Below are positions 62,518 through 64,000 of a stretch of 64,000 bases of DNA, piece after piece. The position numbers and the translations under genes are program-made. How positions within the stretch are numbered: position 1 is the stretch's first letter; every line of letters starts with the position of its first letter. The notes below the pieces were generated by a model. The model ran no database searches, had not been told where the DNA came from, and was given only the letters and a program-made list of their open reading frames with translations. Source of the DNA: Octopus sinensis. Its lineage: Eukaryota. The stretch spans positions 57,040,001-57,104,000 of the forward strand of contig NC_043010.1 in NCBI RefSeq assembly GCF_006345805.1, given 5' to 3'.

Positions 62518-64000
62518 TTCATCATCATCCAGTGTTTTAAGTCCGGGTTTTGTCCCTGTTAACGGGGGTGGCCAGATCTATCTCAATGCCATAGCAACCA
62601 CCCTCACCCTATCTTGCCCAGTTTTGGGCATCCTCCTTTTTCAAACCGACCCTCCCAATCTCCTCCTCCACCTTTTCCTCGCTTTCACACTCCATTTACC
62701 TCAAATGCAATCACCCTCCTCAGAACATGCCCTTCATCCTTCCTCAACATATGCCCATACCACCACCACCACTCCATTCACCCTTGCCAACCATTTCACC
62801 AATTCCGCCAACCCCAGCATCCCCATCAAATCCTCAGCCCTCCTCTTATCAAACAGCTTCACTCCACACATTCTCTTACCATTGCTTCCTCAGTCCTTCT
62901 CAAAATTGCCATCTCTCTCCCTCAGACACCATGTCTCACTCCCATACAGCATTGCACCTCTCACACAACTCTTACAGACCCTTCCTTTCATCTTCAATGA
63001 GGACCTTTTCCCATATAACATTGCTCCACATTCCCTGAACTTTTCCCAGCCAAGTTTTGTTCTTGCTGTCACATCCACCCCTTACATCCACCCCTTACAT
63101 CCACCCTATTTCCCAAATAACAAAACCTTCTCATCGGTTCTACCTTGTCACATAGCATTTCTACTGGTTCTGCCGGCCCTCCAGCTCCTTTCTCACATCT
63201 TCCACAAACAAACTCTCTCACCAGTCTTGGGTTACCTTCTTCATTTTCTATCATGAGTCCATTTCTCACATTTCATACACAACACTGCATTTTCCATAAC
63301 CCTTCTCTCACATACACCACATGGATCCACCTTACACTTCTTCCACTCCACTCACCATCACCTTTGTCTTCCTAAGGTTTACCTTCAAACCCTTACTTTC
63401 AGACACCTCCTTCCATTTCCAAAACTTCTCCCTCAATCCCTCCATGTTCTCCCTCATCAGAACAAGGTCATCCACATGCAGTATCTCCATTATCAATCCT
63501 TCTCTTGCACTCTCCGTCACCACATCAATCACTGTTGCAAACGACAATGGTGACAGCACAGATCCCTGATGCACACTACAAACTTTCACCACAAACTCCC
63601 CCGACAGCTCTGATCCAATTCTCACTCTTGTCTTTACCCCCTCATAAAAACTCATCACTGCCCTCACTATTGCCTCTAGTACACCTCTCTTCCTCAATGC
63701 CCGCTCTATCACCTTCTTTGGGACCTAATCATATACCTTTTCCAGATCAACGAAACACATGTACAACTCCTTCCCCTTATCTCGGAATTCCTCCTGCAAT
63801 CTCCTTACAGTGAACACTGCATTTAGTGTCCCCCTTCCTGGCATAAAACCAAATTGCATCTCATCCACATCCATCCCTTTCTGAACTCTCCTCTCCAACA
63901 CGCTGTCCACCATCTTCATTGCATGCTCCAATAACTTCATTCCTCTATACACCCCCACAACTCATCACATCTCCCTTCCCCTTGAAGATCAGTACCACCA
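62518..64000 (-). mobile_element. RTE-clade LINE RT and 3' end (continues beyond the window)
   Basis: YRGMKLLEHAMK, QFGFMPGRGT, CFVDLEKVYD, VHQGSVLSPL, LHVDDLVL, GLKVNLRKTKVM and MLYGSETW; (GAT)n tail near 62520; frameshifted. Confidence 0.92.

Noticed and set aside
62498-63256. 252-aa plus-strand ORF
   Set aside because: Antisense shadow of the minus-strand RTE reverse transcriptase.

Overview
AT-rich, repeat-dense eukaryotic DNA. The SINE, LINE, MITE and microsatellite repertoire strongly suggests an Octopus (cephalopod) genome (inference from recalled repeat families, not a database search). The main gene is a + strand receptor tyrosine kinase (33815-60705). I spliced it by hand through GT-AG sites into 21 frame-consistent coding exons (970 aa), plus a candidate 27-nt micro-exon (979 aa). 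The product has a signal peptide, a cysteine-rich N-terminal domain, three FN3-like domains, a TM helix, a split kinase with intact catalytic motifs and a Tyr-containing tail, most like Torso-type RTKs. An unidentified - strand gene has a ~930-nt terminal coding exon (18665-17738). It may start head-to-head with the RTK, since a consensus - strand splice donor lies at 33625/33624. The rest is layered transposon debris: a solo LTR with TSD, a full-length irritans-type mariner nested in an L1/Tx1 LINE, RTE/CR1/CRE-like LINE fragments, several palindromic MITEs, many tRNA-derived SINEs, a degenerate ~39-bp minisatellite and microsatellites. Most short ORFs in the supplied track are spurious. Repeat boundaries are approximate unless a TIR or TSD is cited.
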